Source of the DNA: Candidatus Pacearchaeota archaeon
GTDB lineage: Bacteria; Patescibacteriota; Minisyncoccia; Minisyncoccales; GCA-002788555
Length of the DNA stretch: 64,000 bases
Reading direction: 5' to 3'
NCBI GenBank assembly: GCA_035360455.1
Contig: DAOSAR010000001.1
Coordinates: 3,328 to 67,327, forward strand
Below the pieces are notes generated by a model. That model made no database searches. It was not told where the DNA came from and saw only the letters and a list, made by a program, of their open reading frames with translations. Shown here one piece after another: positions 62,053 to 64,000 of this stretch; position 1 is the stretch's first letter, and the number at the start of each line of letters is the position of its first letter. The position numbers and the translations under genes were made by a program.

Positions 62053-62547
62053 TTATTTAAAAATATTGCATTGGCTTAACTTGTCCAATGTTTGTAAATC
62101 CATAAAGCCAGTTACATAAAATTCTGTTCCATTTTTTGATTCTTCAAAGCAATAATCTTTGCAATAAATATCTTTTGATTTTTTAGCGCACTCTTCGCAG
62201 GATAAAAGCTGATTTTCAATTCCTATTTCTTTTGGGAAAACCCAAGTAGGTGTTGTATTAATTCCTTTTTCTTTACAGGCTATAAATGAATTTGTTTCAT
62301 TATTACATTCTGTATAATTAATTTTTGAAAAAAATTCACCAAAAAGTTCTTTCTCTTTCGTAGTATAAGGACAATTTAATGATCCGTATAGTTTAATATT
62401 TTTCAATAAAAGGCAATCAGCTAAATTTTCTTTCTTTTGCGCTTGTTGAATATTTAAGGTAGCTTTCCCTCCAAAATAAAAAATAGTTCCTCCCGCTGTC
62501 ACAACTAAAAATACTACAATTAAATAATGAATTTCTTTTTTTGTCAT
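62053..62547 (-). CDS. Membrane-anchored thioredoxin-fold protein resembling the VKOR-associated Trx-like domain, active site CPYT
   Basis: IKLYGSLNCPYTTKEKELFGEFFSKINYTECN...CKEKGINTTPTWVF parallels YGAxWCPHCxxQKxLFG...YxEC...C...GIxxYPTW. Confidence 0.5.
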   Translation of the reverse strand: MTKKEIHYLIVVFLVVTAGGTIFYFGGKATLNIQQAQKKENLADCLLLKNIKLYGSLNCPYTTKEKELFGEFFSKINYTECNNETNSFIACKEKGINTTPTWVFPKEIGIENQLLSCEECAKKSKDIYCKDYCFEESKNGTEFYVTGFMDLQTLDKLSQCNIFK

Positions 62548-62550
62548 AGA

Positions 62551-63438
62551 TTATAATTTTATAATTTCTCCAATAGAATCGATAACATCGCTCGCCAAAA
62601 TCCCTGACCCAAATTTTTCTTTGGCTTTCTCTCCCGCTTTACCATTTAAATAAGCCGCAGCGCTTGCTGCTAATAATGGGTCTATCTCTTGGGATAAAAA
62701 ACAACCACAAATTCCAGCTAAAGTATCGCCAGTGCCTCCAACAGTCATCTCGGGACAACCGGTTTTATTGAAAAAAACTTCTTTGCCATTAGAAATAACA
62801 TCAACATTACCCTTTAAGAGAACTGTGACATTTTCTTTTTGAGCAAAATTTTTTACTGCTTCACCTTTTTCTTCCAAAGTTAAATTTGACACATCAATTC
62901 CAGAAAGAATTAAAAACTCATAAGAATGAGGGGTTAAAATAAATTTTTTATTTTGAAAAATATTTTCTGGCGGAATTGGATTATAGCGGCGAGACACGGC
63001 ATAAAGAGCATCGGCGTCAATAACAGCCGGAACATCAATTTTAGTCAAATACTCATTTACCATTTTCTGTGTGTCTTCATCACGGCCCAATCCCCCTCCA
63101 ATTATTACCGCTGATTTTCCATTGCTGACTCTTTTTGCACTCTCAGTAAGGGAAAAAAGAGTTGGAAGGTGCTCTCTTCTTAAATCGTGGGTTTTTAATG
63201 GATAACTTATAAAATTTGGTGAAAAAGAAGCAATAATATTAGCGGCTCTTTCTGGAGCAACAATTAAAGTCAAATCTACTCCAGCTCGCATTGCTGCCAT
63301 TGCTGCTAGAGCTGGCGATCCAGTATAAAGTTGAGAACCCCCAATAATTAAAAGATAGCCATAATCATATTTTTTAGCATTTTGAGGTCGCGGTTGGTAA
63401 ACTTTTTTTAAAATAGAATTATAAATATATGAGGGCAT
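62551..63438 (-). CDS. nnrD: ADP-dependent NAD(P)H-hydrate dehydratase (YjeF C-terminal family)
   Basis: YGYLLIIGGSQLYTGSPALAAMAAMRAG, GGTGDTLAGI. Confidence 0.8.
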   Translation of the reverse strand: MPSYIYNSILKKVYQPRPQNAKKYDYGYLLIIGGSQLYTGSPALAAMAAMRAGVDLTLIVAPERAANIIASFSPNFISYPLKTHDLRREHLPTLFSLTESAKRVSNGKSAVIIGGGLGRDEDTQKMVNEYLTKIDVPAVIDADALYAVSRRYNPIPPENIFQNKKFILTPHSYEFLILSGIDVSNLTLEEKGEAVKNFAQKENVTVLLKGNVDVISNGKEVFFNKTGCPEMTVGGTGDTLAGICGCFLSQEIDPLLAASAAAYLNGKAGEKAKEKFGSGILASDVIDSIGEIIKL

Positions 63439-63514
63439 AAAGATATTTATTAATTATAAAAATCAATACAATTCGCAATTTTAGGAAATATAGCAACGTT
63501 AGTAAATGTTCTTC

Positions 63515-64000
63515 TTAAATTTTTAGAGTTGCATCATTTTTTTCTATTTTATCACAAACTTCTTTAAAATCGCAATATTCGCATTCCCAAGGAAAACCAC
63601 CTTCGCCTTTCTCTGCTGCTTCTCTTTTTTCTTTAAGTTCTGAAGGGATTGGAGGAACAATATCGTTATCAATTTGATATTTTAAATTTTCAAAATCGCT
63701 AATAATTTTTTTGCAAAGAACGGGATCATATGTTAATTCAAACTCTTTCAAGGCTTGGGTGTTTTTATTTTCGTAAAGAAGAATTCCTTGGGGAATTTTA
63801 AAGTAATGCATATAAAGCTGAACTTGATATTGATGGGGCAGTTCTGGCTCCTCTAATTTTTGAAATTTAAAATCGCTGGAGCTTTTAATATCAACTACGT
63901 ATAACTTGCCGTCAACAGAAATAATAGCATCAGCACGACCATGAAAAAGTTCTTTTGAAGGAATATCAATTTCTGAAGCAACAACTCTAATCTCTGGAAT
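63515..64000 (-). CDS. PD-(D/E)XK nuclease, Cas4/RecB-like with a C-terminal Cys cluster; N-terminus outside the window
   Basis: The frame stays open to the window edge: ...HGRADAIISVDGKLYVVDIKSS...QYQVQLYMHY...PWECEYCDFKEVC. Confidence 0.6.
   Translation of the reverse strand: MPEIRVVASEIDIPSKELFHGRADAIISVDGKLYVVDIKSSSDFKFQKLEEPELPHQYQVQLYMHYFKIPQGILLYENKNTQALKEFELTYDPVLCKKIISDFENLKYQIDNDIVPPIPSELKEKREAAEKGEGGFPWECEYCDFKEVCDKIEKNDATLKI

Overview
AT-rich, gene-dense window in which every gene I can support (about 80 CDS and 7 tRNAs) lies on the minus strand. The content looks like a reduced-genome bacterium of the CPR/Patescibacteria type. This is an inference from several observations: no L30 gene, a minimal IF-2, an AspRS without the GAD insertion, a short HrcA, and many small membrane-anchored hypotheticals. 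The right half (43.3-60 kb) is the str-S10-spc ribosomal protein supercluster, running rpsL-rpsG-fusA-tuf-rpsJ...rpsE-rplO-secY. It runs straight into a CIRCE-controlled hrcA-grpE-hsp20-dnaK-dnaJ operon, then tRNA-Ser, an HtrA-like protease and clpB. The middle holds housekeeping genes (gatB, tmk, dcd, rlmN, recO, an ABC-2 transporter, thyX, infB, rbfA). The left part (3.4-13 kb) is the accessory-looking region. It has a tight operon of a SAM methyltransferase, a truncated sensor kinase, an E1/ThiF-like adenylyltransferase, a PaaK/F390-synthetase-like ligase, a full sensor kinase and a possible kinase remnant, followed by surface or membrane proteins. Main leads: (1) the two-adenylase cassette sits between 274-bp direct repeats of kinase sequence. 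(2) A composite hairpin-module element occurs in the same orientation upstream of both proteostasis operons and shows compensatory stem changes. (3) Related GC-richer hairpin modules and short-word repeats fill spacers of the ribosomal operons and intrude into coding sequences. (4) A leader with mutually exclusive helices precedes an HExxH protein gene. (5) A conserved TTTACC-N16-TATATY motif sits at three gene 3' ends. (6) L15 is cut to 59 aa, and a methyltransferase is inserted in the spc operon. All calls come from reading the sequence and the ORF track; no database search was run.
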